This document shows, piece after piece, positions 45,888-63,900 of a DNA stretch of 64,000 bases. How positions within the stretch are numbered: position 1 is the first letter of the stretch; every line of letters begins with the position of its first letter. Position numbers and translations under genes: made by a program. Source of the stretch: Balanoglossus misakiensis (taxonomy: Eukaryota > Animalia > Hemichordata); NCBI GenBank assembly GCA_040954595.2, contig CM082594.2, forward strand, positions 6,466,740 to 6,530,739, written 5' to 3'. The notes under the pieces are model-generated. The model was not told the DNA's origin. It did no database searches and worked only from the letters and a program-made list of their open reading frames with translations.

Positions 45888-47452
45888 CCTTATAAAGGAA
45901 ATGTCTAGTGCGCTTCAATCGTAACTCATACGTCACACTGACGTGTAGATAACCAGTTGCCGCGCCGTTTCCGTTCAGCTTGCGTCAAAAACATGCATGG
46001 CGAATAACCCTTTTTCGTTTATGTTGATGAAGATTCGAAGCAAATATCCACCCGCATAAAATACGTAAGCCTGAGTTTGGAAAACGTCACAGACAATCCC
46101 CAGAGAAAAACCATGTATGCACACAATATCACGCGTACTCAATTCTCTAGGTGGTGTTCAGTGGTCACTGCATGGTGGTGCTTTCGCTATGATTTTGTAA
46201 TTGTCAGAGTTCTCAACTCGGTGCCCACACATGCAGACTGATCACCGAATTCCTTGAAAATGAAAACTGTGCTTGCCTCTTGGTCTGAGCATTGAAATTG
46301 TGACCAACTACATGAAATGGACCGTTCGCCCCAGTGAACAGAATCGGGTGCGTGATGACGTCTCAGCAAGCGAGAGTTTTAGTTTCGTTTTGAGAATTTA
46401 ATAAAATCAAACAGGTCCAGGCTGTGTTACAGAATGAGATAACTTGAAAAAGCTGGACCAGGGCAAATGCCATATACCATTCGCTCCACATTTCCATAGA
46501 ATATTACCCACTTTCTGCAGATTTTAATATTAAAGTTGGGCGTCGTCCCGTCTGCGGCTGCGCGGGTATGTGTCTCAATTACACAAGTCCCGAATTATTA
46601 CTAATTGGGAAGCCATTTGCATCGAAGCAGCCGTTCAGTAGCTCACGAGGAGCTGGAGAAAACACAGAAACCAAGGCAAAACCACGAGCTGGTGGTCCGC
46701 GGCTAGTTGCATCGGTACATCTGTGAGGATGCAGCCAAAAGGCTGAATTATAACGAAGGATATGCCTTGGAAGGCTCCCTGGAAGTGAAGCAGAGTAGTG
46801 CAGAGTATGGATGAGATCACCATGGTGATGATAGAGAAATTGGTATATGAGGACTGCAGTGCAATATAATAACTTGAAGACCCTTCGAATTATAAGAGGT
46901 TGAGGGGATAATAAGCAAACAGCATTGTAATAAATAAATATATTTATTTCATAAAGTGACTTTGGAGAGGTAGCTGTCTAGTTGTACAAAGTTTGAGATC
47001 ACTTCTCTCATCACAAATAGAAAATAAACACACACAAAAATAATCAAGGTATTTAAGCAAAGTCAATGCAAATCCTGTGGCTGGATATAATTTCAGTCAT
47101 CATCAATGATACAGTCATTGAATTATCAGATTTATGAGGTTTATTAATTATGACAGGTTTATTATAACAGTTTATAAATTATGGTAACAAATGATATACA
47201 CGGTAATGTTACAGGAATAAATTCCACAAAAGAGCTTATATAACAATGTTATATTGAAAGACATTGACAAGCACAAATTGTTACCGCACCGCCATATTGA
47301 AACACAATGTGAAATACATTTACATGAAATTGACAAACATTTGAAACACAAAATGGCTGCCAATCTCTGTGAGGGGAACATTGCATTGTTTATCTCCTCA
47401 ATAAATAGATAAGAAACAAATTAAGTTATTGACAAAAAGCCACACAAACTGT

Positions 47453-47545
47453 TTAACCCTTTCACCACCATGGTTATAATCAAAACCATTGTTTTCTATG
47501 GCAAAATTGGACCCCATAGGGGTTATGGGGTGTAAGCTTGGTTAA
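47453..47545. mobile_element. Short degenerate TTAA-bounded interspersed element (piggyBac-like MITE), family 2
   Basis: The element runs ttaaccctttc...ggttaa. Its core atggtt...tgttttctatggcaaaattggacc is shared with 51865-51940. Confidence 0.5.
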
Positions 47546-47655
47546 AAGACAAAAAATCAAGGCACATATAACGTACCTGAATTTTTCTAGAAATAATTGT
47601 TACATGTAGCATAACGTCTACCTTTCAAAATTGGTAGTAATAAATCAGAAATAAA

Positions 47656-48247
47656 TTACATGATCGAACATCTGCGTTCACATAATCTTCGATCGACAAA
47701 ATCTGATATACTGCTTGATGGTGAAAATTCCAGTGAGCTGCTTGACGTCGATGTCGTTGATACAAGGGAGTGTGATCTCTGACTTCTCTGCATGGTTTCT
47801 ATCGATCCTGCCAGATCAATGTCATCAACATTCCGTGGAAGTCCATGCTTGGCACGGATTTCATTCCTCAGTTTGGCTCTCTCTGCCCTGCGGACTGCAT
47901 GTTTGAAGATCATTTCAATTCTGATATACCGAAGAAGAAAAAATTATAATTATAGATTCTTAGTGACAATTTATTTAATGTTGACATATGAGCAAATGTA
48001 AATTACAGGTGTTTGTATTCGCCTTTAATAGCAAAAAAGGGAGGAATTACTCAAACCTCTGTTCAGAATTCCTTCTTTCTTGCTGCTTCATTTCTCTCCA
48101 ACTCATCCATCCTACATCATCATCATCATCATCCTCATCACTTTTATCCTCATCTTCTGCATAAAGATCAGCCATTTTATCCAGTGTGCGTAGAGCTATC
48201 ATCGAAGACCTTCGAACCAAAGCATTTGCTTTGAGTGCACTCATCAT
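47656..48247 (-). CDS. Divergent complexin-3/4-like small protein with CAAX (CSIM), about 151 aa
   Basis: Exons 48247-48057 and 47920-47656 join across a phase-2 intron at the same position as in the paralog. It contains RRAERAKLRNEIRAKHGLPRNVDD and an acidic N-terminal patch, and ends CSIM. Confidence 0.7.
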
Positions 48248-48699
48248 TCATGAATTGTGCATCTGGATGAAATAAAACAATGAAAAAGAAAACAATAGAA
48301 AGAATAGATGAAAGAAAACAATAGTGGTGACTTATTATAAATTTTCACCAGGAATCCAATATTGATATTTTTACCATACTTTACAGTGGCGCTAAAGCAT
48401 TATTAATTATAAAGATGAACAAACAAGGAGGTTTGTCATACCTCCATTCGATTCTCGCGGTTTTGTGTGTTTATTTCCGGGTTTTCTATCTGACATGCGC
48501 AATGGTATGTTGGTAAAAGAAACAAGCTGTGCTATTGGCCACAATTTTCATCATAATTTTCGAAGTTTTCAAGGTGGCTTTCTCAAAGTCTGTCTTCAAA
48601 CGCATAGCCAGTTTATATTTCTTCTTAAATTATGAAAATCATTCAATTTAAACGTACAAGCATTGCAATATTAAAGTCATATCTGGCGCCTTGCGTTCA

Positions 48700-48780
48700 G
48701 TAACCAATCACGTTACTTGTACTATATCGTCCTCAAAATAGCTGAAACGAAACCAAAGCGTCCAATATGGCGGCGTCCAT
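48700..48780 (+). promoter_or_regulatory. Probable PRPF3 core promoter (CCAAT box and YY1-like AATATGGCGGC)
   Basis: aaccaatca near 48703 and caatatggcggcg near 48763, upstream of the ATG at 48950. Confidence 0.4.
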
Positions 48781-48949
48781 GAGTCTGTGACGAAGTTTCA
48801 GAGAACATTCGGAAAGCTTGACGGTGGACGGGATAATGCACTTGAACGTCGTCGTTTGTGCAGTTTAATAAGTCACTTGATCTTTTATACGTATCGGAAG
48901 GAGTAGAATTCGTCAAACTTAAGAGAATCGTTTCCATAAACATTCGAAC

Positions 48950-54318
<5,369 letters not shown>

Positions 54319-54914
54319 AACCATCGTTACTTTCTGTAGGACTGTGACTTTTGTTGGGTATTTCTGACCCAGAACACTAAGAACACTAGCCACTGGCGTG
54401 AGTGTTATCGCGTGAGAATTTAGCAGGAAAACTACCAGAAGTTTCTGTGACTCGAGAATTGATGCATATTGATACTGGGCTTGTGTACTTGGAAGGGGGG
54501 GGGGGCAGACAGAAATCAGGCTTAGCTAGATAGGAAAGACATGAATGATTCTTTTAAAGGAGAGAATATTTCAATTGAAAATAGTGTGGTCTCAACTAAG
54601 CCAAGATTGGCGATTTCCATGTTGCAAAAAGTTCTTCCTCATATTGAAGTTGGACTCTTACAAACTGACTGAAATAACCAAGAAATCTTCGTTGGGAGTC
54701 ACATGTTTTACACTTTGATGAAAAAATCCACAAAAATCGTAGAATTTCAAGTGTTTTTATTTAAGTCTTAATATCAAAGTTTATGTACATTCAGGTTAAA
54801 AATCATGTTAACAGTCACCTCAATGTGCATCAATTTGAATACTTGATTAAATTCTTTCTATGTAAATGCTATAGTCCGTGAATAATTTACAAGGTGGAAG
54901 TGGTAATGTTCTTG

Positions 54915-57176
54915 TTAGTGGAGACTGTTGTTGAGGTACTGTACGAACATATTGGCAATGAGTGTTGTGTCCTCCACTGGGTGGGTTTTGGTGAAACTGA
55001 TGAACTGACGTCGGTGTCTCCTTAACTCCGATACGTTGAGATGGCGAGTTAAATCAATGTGGGAAAGGTCAAGGAAAATACACATCAGAGAATCATACAA
55101 AATTTCAATCAAATGGTGATCCATTGTTTTGTTTTTTAGAAGATTAAATTTTGAGGAGCCTATCCCCTTCCTGGACTCTGCTTGTAAAATAGCTGTAAAG
55201 GATATCTTGTCTTTTGCACCAGGTACACTTATTTTATCGCCAGGTATGCTGGTTTTCTGTGATTCAAGTAAAACCTGAAATAGACAAAATCACAGAATAA
55301 TTGATAAGGAATTTCATCAATACCCAAACTTCATCAAAACAGCACTATATGGCTATATATGCACCTGTTCACAGCCAAAAGAGAAGGGAGACATTGCAAT
55401 TGTAAAACAAAAATTCACCACTAACACTTACTGTTACTACGTCTTGGGTAATCTTGTCGAGTTCATACAGGAAATTTGTTGAAGAAAGTGGTTGCTGTGT
55501 GTTCAAACAAGAAAAAAAAATCAACGTCATACAAAATTCAATTTGCAGTTTGAAAGCCTCATGGGGCTCACATCAAACAGACTTATCATCAAATTTCGGA
55601 CATGTTTGGTGAATTGGGTGAAATATTTTGAGTGACAGAACAGCATAGTTACTGAGGAGAAATATACATACACTGAAACAGGGCCTTCAGTTGTTCTGGA
55701 AGTGTGCAAGCACAAAAAAATGTCCGATGAAAATTAGGCTTTGAAACCGTTCACTTACCGACTGTGTTGACATGTTGGCTGGTGGAGCTTTCCTGAAGAA
55801 GACGGCATCACAGATCGCATCAAGGGGCAATTCATCGTCCCACTGTATCGTAAACAGCGGCGAGTCCCAGCGATTGCGCGAGTCTGGCGCTTCAAATCTC
55901 ATGACCAGAGCATCAAATCTGTGAAATTACAAAAAAGGTATCGTGAAAGACATTGTAGCTCATGTTCGTCCAGAGAAATTTCTTCATCAGGGAATCAGTC
56001 TATTTCTAAATCCAGTTCCCATTCATCATAATACTTACATTTCTTGTGAATATCTTTCTGTTTCATCTCTCTCTTGATTCCACTGTGAAGCCCGCTCCAC
56101 AGAAATGTCGCAGTGTATCTTTACAAAGAAAAAAACATTTGAAATGGCCTTGGTCAACTAACCAAAGCACAACACCTGCTTACAATTAAATTTTGAATCT
56201 TGCTTGCGTCACCAGGGCTTAGTTAGGAAGAAGAAACTGATTTTGTTTGTATCAGATGAGACTTGTCAACTATTTTTCAAAATTTTAAAGAAAAAAGACA
56301 ATCTACTCACCACACAGTGTGTTGTTTTGGAAGATTTGGAGACACAGTACAATTCGTATCTACATCCTGAAACAGATCAATAACATACTCATATCAAGGT
56401 GTGTGAAATGATACAAAAATGTGCTTCACAAAGTTTCTCTCAAGGATCTAAAATAATCAATCTCTCGCTTGAGAATTTTAACTATCTGTTCAATACATGG
56501 ACATAAATAGTTATTCTGTACTTTAGTATAATTTGCATCATCGGGGTTCTGACAATGCAGTTAATGATGAGAACTTACCCTTAATATAGTTCAGAGAATC
56601 AAGAATGAGGATGTCATCTTTATTTAACTTCCTAGAAAGACAAATAGATGAAATACAATGAATGTTGAGTGTCAAGGTACAAAATTCATGAGTGGGGATT
56701 TCATTTCGTAATCGGACACAGGCTGAAGATTTCTTGACTGAAGAACATGTATCTTGTACAACCAAAACAATCCTCACCTGTCAACATTGGCCTTCAGGGT
56801 TCCTCGAACGTCTTTCTCTCTTCCGGAGTCTGTAAAAAAAACATGGAATATAGTTGGTTTAGAGCACGGTTGCTATCTGTGAGGTTTTCGATCTGCGGTC
56901 GGTTGAAGACCCTACACTTCACGCCCATCTGTCATTGTCAACATATTTTCACGTGTACATGTATATGTACGGTGTATAATGACTGCCATGTTTTGTGTTG
57001 TAAGTGTAACGAGGAATAGACCTACCGCTGTAAACCGTGTTTCTGTCGACTTTTATCGTGTGGTCACTCACAATATGCACAGTTTTGTCACCCTTGGATT
57101 CAAGATGCTTTCTGAGTTCTTCGGCCCGTCTTGTCTTGCCGCTACAAGGCAGACCACACATCACTATCAGCGGCAT
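54915..57176 (-). CDS. KTI12: Protein KTI12 homolog (Elongator-associated P-loop NTPase), 9 exons
   Basis: Exons 57176-57026, 56829-56778, 56631-56579, 56366-56311, 56118-56039, 55918-55759, 55494-55432, 55274-55206 and 55058-54915. Motifs: MPLIVMCGLPCSGKT, DSLNYIKG.RYELYC, RFEAPDSRNRWDSPLF, ELRRHRRQFI. The last intron is AT-AC. Confidence 0.96.
55059..55205 (-). other. U12-type (minor spliceosome) AT-AC intron
   Basis: The 5' site is ATATCCTTT, the branch point is TTTTCCTTGAC and the 3' end is CAC. Removing the intron restores the frame (GAKDK|IDLTR). Confidence 0.92.
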
Positions 57177-57217
57177 GTTTTTGCTTGGGGCTTCGCTTGA
57201 AACGTACATGCAACAAC

Positions 57218-57240
57218 AGCACTTCCGGTTCCGGGAAGAC
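57218..57240 (-). promoter_or_regulatory. ETS-like motifs (CCGGAA twice) upstream of KTI12
   Basis: cacttccggttccggg lies about 45-60 bp upstream of the ATG. Confidence 0.35.
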
Positions 57241-58107
57241 GAGCGCCATCTATGTTCAAAGATGATTTTCTTCTGTTTCTTCACTGCCTATCTGTATCAA
57301 GTTGTATGTATGCGCCCTGTATACATCGCCTTGTTGCGTGTACTATGTACTTAAACTGGGTTTTTAGTTGCTCATTTATAATGTAGTTACTTCAGATTAC
57401 CTCAGATTTCGATTCATCGACAAAGTTCCCATCATCACTGCCAACAAACAAAATAAACAACTAAAAGTTTATTAGGCATTTTCCGTTTATTGGTTAAAAT
57501 TTAGGAACTTGTCTTAGCTCTAATGATTCAGATTACATGTACACAAGTTCACAAGTTCTTTATCAATAAGTTTTTCTTGGCTTTATATTACAAATAATGA
57601 TTTCACTTCTATAAATACATGACTTCTTTACACTGACTATTCAGTATACCTGGGTAATCAAACTACATATACATGTATTCTAAAATGTTGATATGTTCAC
57701 TATTACCTGGAGTTTCTGGGATATTGTTTCCATGGCATCATCAAACAGGTAAGACAACCATCCACAATGTAACAATGCTTAAATTACATCCATTGGGTAA
57801 AAATCATGCTAGCTATAAAAGATGTAACAAGTCAAAGATAAAACTAGCATGCATCATCTGTTGTTGTGACAACCATCTTTCATGTGACCTTGACACGACA
57901 TCATCAAGCACGTGTGTAGGGTTTATAAAGACCTTTTCTCACAATACTTGTTAACAGTGACATTGACTACATGTGACAACATCAATGTAATGTCTGTAAA
58001 TGTTTTGTCTAATGGCAGTGCATCTATACGAGATGTACCTCTTCAGACCTGCTGGGATTTCTCACCATTTCTGAGAGTACATTCTCTGTAGGATTGCCAC
58101 TGTATAG

Positions 58108-59377
58108 TTACATGAGGTCCTTCAACAGGTCCTTTGAGCTTGGTATCTCTGATTTGGAATAAAAAACACACAATAATTTATGATTTGCTAAAATAATAAG
58201 TTGTTTAACATGCACACCTGTCTACTTTAAATATTTCCCAGAATTTATGTAAAGGTATATGGTCACCAATGCAAATTTAGCCACAGTTACATGACAAGTT
58301 GTGATCTAACCAATCAAAGATTTTCACTTAGGTGGCCACCTGAAAAAGAGTGCACCAGCATATCAATTGAAGACTTTGTCACACCCGTTTAACTATAAAT
58401 GGGCATATGTAAATCAGAGATGACCATGTACCTTTAATACATTTGTGTTTTATTTGACCCAATTTGACCCTACCTTCCCCTCTCTGTGCAGCAGCTTTGC
58501 GTCTCTGGTGAGCTTCGAACGCTTCGTTTCGATAGTCGGCCTGAGTCAGGCGGTTCCTGTAGCGAATGGCTAAATATACTGCTCCAACGATGCAAAACAG
58601 TCCAGCAGCTATGGTAAAAGAGAAATAAAACGAATATGCATATGCAATCAGGTGAAAATTGAGAGATCAATCTGAGAAGTGACATTGGACCCTGGGCAAA
58701 TGGGGATTGGTTGCTGAAAAATTGGGGTTAAAGGTCAAACGGGCATACATTAAAGGTAAACAGTCATCGATGTATTAGAGGTGACCGTATACATTTAAAG
58801 TCGTACTAGCGTACACACAGACAGCAGCACGTACCATTTCAATGCAAATGCCCCCCCCCCCCCCCCCTGCGGTCATTACATAACGTCATCGCGCCTTTAA
58901 CACTAATAGGCTTTTCATTGTTTTTCTATTGTGAAGCTGGACCTCTGCGGAGGGACTTCACAATCAAAACAAGAGACAAATGAACATGAAAATTTCTCAT
59001 ATCACATCATCAAGAATCGACAAAATGTCGCATTCTGTACCGATGCTGCCTGAATATTTTTTGTCTAGTTTCCATGGGAATAGCTGACCTATGCCCTTTG
59101 GGCCTTCGTTCCAGGGCTTCACTGCTGCTGGCCTCTTTCAATAATGTTAGAGATCACCAATATATAATATGCATTTTAAGAGTAGCGACGAACAAACCAA
59201 CGCGCGACACTTACCGTACAGCACCAGGCTGAACCAGAAATACCCTTGATAGCGGTCCCAGCCATCATTAAGTCCGATCCACGTAAACCAACCTCCTAAA
59301 CCAAACAAGACGGGCATCAACGCTATCAGGCAAACCAAGTGAATCGCTCTAGCGTTTAGCTTCTGTTGGCAAACCAT
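58108..59377 (-). CDS. Small uncharacterised two-TM protein (about 112 aa)
   Basis: Exons 59377-59215, 58608-58474 and 58148-58108; the last acceptor is ambiguous. Hydrophobic segments are AIHLVCLIALMPVLFGLGGWFTWIGL and YFWFSLVLYAAGLFCIVGAVYLAI, followed by a basic tail. Confidence 0.6.
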
Positions 59378-59739
59378 CTTTTAGCTTCTGACAACAGACG
59401 GAGCGGAAAATAGCTTTGGCCTCTAGCAGACGGGTGACTTATTTCACCGAATCTGCCATCAGGCCACTGAATATAGTGATGCTGCTCTTGTTGACACTTA
59501 ACGATAAAGCCTGACCGTGAATCAGAATGTCAAAGACACGAAGGGCAGAGACCCGCACAGCGCCCTCTAGTGAGTGAAACAACAACATAAGTCTTAGTGA
59601 AAAAAATGTTTATTGGCAATAATCATATATGGCTGCATATTATGATAGACATTCTTGTTAAAACTAAACAAACAAAGTTAAGTTTGTTGTCAACTTTTCA
59701 TAGAACAATCCATGTTCGAACGCATTGAAGCGAGTCAAT

Positions 59740-60656
59740 CTATATACGTGTGTATGAGATAGGAAATCTATACAAACTGGCATGTAAATAGCCAAACTTA
59801 AAGATGTACGCCAAGCCGAATTCCGAGGTTATCTCATATACGTTCTGATTATTTCTGTCCACGCTGACGATGACTGACCAGGACGAATGGATTGGAAGAC
59901 CCAGGAAGACAGTTGATTCTGTGAACGAGAAATTAAGAAAAAGTGAACGGAAAATCAGCCTTAGTTTGCAATGTCAGTGTCACGTAGGCCTGGACAAAAT
60001 GAAACCATGTACCGAATCTAAACCTACGAAAATTGGCAAGCTGAAATTTTAACTAAAAATGCGAGGTCTATCACATGCAGCAACGGCCAATAGTTTACCC
60101 AGTTTCTAACTTCAAAACCTACTGAACATAACAATGCTCTCTGTCACAGCTGACAAACTGTGAACATTTTATTTCTACCTTTACATATTTCTTGTTCAAC
60201 CAGTGACGCCTTAAAGTTGTCGTTGTCTATTCCATACTTTCTCGAGGTAAGAGACAGGAGATTTTCCAATGTATAAAAATTCTCCATCTCGCTCTGTAAG
60301 CCTCGAACAAAGTCGCTCTGTAAAATAATATAACAGACTGAAAGTGAAGTCTTTGATACGACTAACACTATTCGCATATCGGACAGTGTCAGTACCCAGA
60401 CAATCGACGGCGTACCACTTTTCTCGTGAAATAACATTTATAGATGAGCAGAATTTTCACGACCTTTATGCAAAAATGTGGATCGAAAGGTATAGAATAA
60501 TAGAATGTACCGTACGGACCCTGGGACAGCGAGACTCTCTGTACGTGAACTTTTTGGGGGACCAAGTGGAGTTGCAAAGTAAACAGCCGAAGCGTTATGT
60601 CTTTTCATCAGTCGTTTGAAGACGTTCAATATGACGTCACGAGACAGGGCATCTAC
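59740..60656 (-). CDS. 3' exons of a GDP-fucose O-fucosyltransferase-like (GT-B) protein; 5' part not found in the window
   Basis: An exon starts at 60656 (...HNASAVYFATP..., donor uncertain). Exons 60317-60179 and 59918-59740 join in phase 1 to give ASLVEQEICKESTVFLGLPIHSSWSVIVSVDR, which resembles the O-FucT C-terminal motif. An AATAAA lies at 59609-59614 on the minus strand. Confidence 0.65.
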
Positions 60657-60701
60657 CTGATAGCACAGTTACACCTGCAAAAAATTCCTGACTTAGCTAA
60701 C

Positions 60702-60903
60702 TTTGGTGAATTTGTCATTTCTTTACATTTTTTATGGGCTAAAACCCATGTGAAATGTCAAGAAATGACCAAATCACCAAAATCGCAAAGTCGGGAAATT
60801 GTCATTTTTGGACAATTTTCATGAGCTATAATCCATGAAAAAAAGCCCAATGATAAAAACAATCAGCATCGTTCGCAAAGTATGGAAATTGTCGTTTTTG
60901 GAC
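60702..60903. repeat. Inverted/foldback junction preceding the satellite
   Basis: An imperfect palindrome spans 60702-60780. Reverse-complement degenerate satellite monomers lie at about 60784-60838 and 60873-60903. Confidence 0.75.
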
Positions 60904-60904
60904 A

Positions 60905-63900
60905 AAAAATCATGGGTTATAGCTCATGAAAATCATCCAAAAATGACAATTTTTCGACTTTGCGAGATATCAAAATTTCTTCATTTTTTTGAAAAAACCA
61001 TGGGTTATAGCTCATGAAAATCATCCAAAAATGACAATTTTGCGACTTTGCGAGATATCAAAATTTCTTCATTTTTTTGAAAAAACCATGGGTTATAGCT
61101 CATGAAAATCGTCCAAAAATGACAATTTTTCGACTTTGCGAGATATCAAAATTTCTTCATTTTTTTGAAAAAACCATGGGTTATAGCTCATGAAAATCGT
61201 CCAAAAATGACAATTTTTCGACTTTGCGAGATATCAAAATTTCTTCATTTTTTTGAAAAAACCATGGGTTATAGCTCATGAAAATCGTCCAAAAATGACA
61301 ATTTTTCGACTTTGCGAGAAATCAAAATTTCTTCATTTTTTTGAAAAAACCATGGGTTATAGCTCATGAAAATCGTCCAAAAATGACAATTTTTCGACTT
61401 TGCGAGATATCAAAATTTCTTCATTTTTTTGAAAAAACCATGGGTTAGCTCATGAAAATCGTCCAAAAATGACAATTTTTCGACTTTGCGAGATATCAAA
61501 ATTTCTTCATTTTTTTGAAAAAACCATGGGTTATAGCTCATGAAAATCATCCAAAAATGACAATTTTTCGACTTTGCGAGATATCAAAATTTCTTCATTT
61601 TTTTGAAAAAAACATGGGTTATAGCTCATGAAAATCATCCAAAAATGACAATTTTTCGACTTTGCGAGATATCAAAATTTCTTCATTTTTTTGAAAAAAC
61701 CATGGGTTATAGCTCATGAAAATCATCCAAAAATGACAATTTTTCGATTTTGCGAGATATCAAAATTTCTTCATTTTTTTGAAAAAACCATGGGTTATAG
61801 CTCATGAAAATCGTCCAAAAATGACAATTTTTCGACTTTGCGAGAAATCAAAATTTCTTCATTTTTTTGAAAAAACCATGGGTTATAGCTCATGAAAATC
61901 GTCCAAAAATGACAATTTTTCGACTTTGCGAGATATCAAAATTTCTTCATTTTTTTGAAAAACCATGGGTTATAGCTCATGAAAATCGTCCAAAAATGAC
62001 AATTTTTCGACTTTGCGAGATATCAAAATTTTATCATTTTTTTGAAAAAACCATGGGTTATAGCTCATGAAAATCATCCAAAAATGACAATTTTTCGACT
62101 TTGCGAGATATCAAAATTTCTTCATTTTTTTGAAAAAACCATGGGTTATAGCTCATGAAAATCATCCAAAAATGACAATTTTTCGACTTTGCGAGATATC
62201 AAAATTTCTTCATTTTTTTGAAAAAACCATGGGTTATAGCTCATGAAAATCATCCAAAAATGACAATTTTTCGACTTTGCGAGATATCAAAATTTCTTCA
62301 TTTTTTTGAAAAAACCATGGGTTATAGCTCATGAAAATCATGCAAAAATGACAATTTTTCGACTTTGCGAGATATCAAAATTTCTTCATTTTTTTGAAAA
62401 AACCATGGGTTATAGCTCATGAAAATCATCCAAAAATGACAATTTTTCGACTTTGCGAGATATCAAAATTTCTTCATTTTTTTGAAAAAACCATGGGTTA
62501 TAGCTCATGAAAATCGTCCAAAAATGACAATTTTTCGGCTTTGCGAGATATCAAAATTTCTTCATTTTTTTGAAAAAACCATGGGTTATAGCTCATGAAA
62601 ATCGTCCAAAAATGACAATTTTTCGACTTTGCGAGATATCAAAATTTCTTCATTTTTTTGAAAAAACCATGGGTTAGCTCATGAAAATCGTCCAAAAATG
62701 ACAATTTTTCGACTTTGCGAGATATCAAAATTTCTTCATTTTTTTGAAAAAACCATGGGTTATAGCTCATGAAAATCATCCAAAAATGACAATTTTTTGA
62801 CTTTGCGAGATATCAAAATTTCTTCATTTTTTTGAAAAAACCATGGGTTATAGCTCATGAAAATCGTCCAAAAATGACAATTTTTCGACTTTGCGAGATA
62901 TCAAAATTTCTTCATTTTTTTGAAAAAACCATGGGTTATAGCTCATGAAAATCATCCAAAAATGACAATTTTTTCGACTTTGCGAGATATCAAAATTTCT
63001 TCATTTTTTTGAAAAAACCATGGGTTATAGCTCATGAAAATCGTCCAAAAATGACAATTTTTCGACTTTGCGAGATATCAAAATTTCTTCATTTTTTTGA
63101 AAAAACCATGGGTTATAGCTCATGAAAATCGTCCAAAAATGACAATTTTTCGACTTTGCGAGATATCAAAATTTCTTCATTTTTTTGAAAAAACCATGGG
63201 TTATAGCTCATGAAAATCGTCCAAAAATGACAATTTTTCGACTTTGCGAGATATCAAAATTTCTTCATTTTTTTGAAAAAACCATGGGTTATAGCTCATG
63301 AAAATCGTCCAAAAATGACAATTTTTCGACTTTGCGAGATATCAAAATTTCTTCATTTTTTTGAAAAAACCATGGGTTATAGCTCATGAAAATCATCCAA
63401 AAATGACAATTTTTCGACTTTGCGAGATATCAAAATTTCTTCATTTTTTGAAAAAACCATGGGTTATAGCTCATGAAAATCATCCAAAAATGACAATTTT
63501 CGACTTTGCGAGATATCAAAATTTCTTCATTTTTTTGAAAAAACCATGGGTTATAGCTCATGAAAATCATCCAAAAATGACAATTTTTCGACTTTGCGAG
63601 ATATCAAAATTTCTTCATTTTTTTGAAAAAACCATGGGTTATAGCTCATGAAAATCATCCAAAAATGACAATTTTTCGACTTTGCGAGATATCAAAATTT
63701 CTTCATTTTTTTGAAAAAACCATGGGTTGTAGCTCATGAAAATCATCCAAAAATGACAATTTTTCGACTTTGCGAGATATCAAAATTTCTTCATTTTTTT
63801 GAAAAAACCATGGGTTGTAGCTCATGAAAATCATCCAAAAATGACAATTTTTTCGACTTTGCGAGATATCAAAATTTCTTCATTTTTTTGAAAAAACCAT

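Noticed and set aside
46630-46940. Possible third, decayed complexin-like copy on the plus strand (ends CSAI*, AATAAA follows)
   Set aside because: It has multiple stops and no clear central-helix match, so the similarity is too weak to support.
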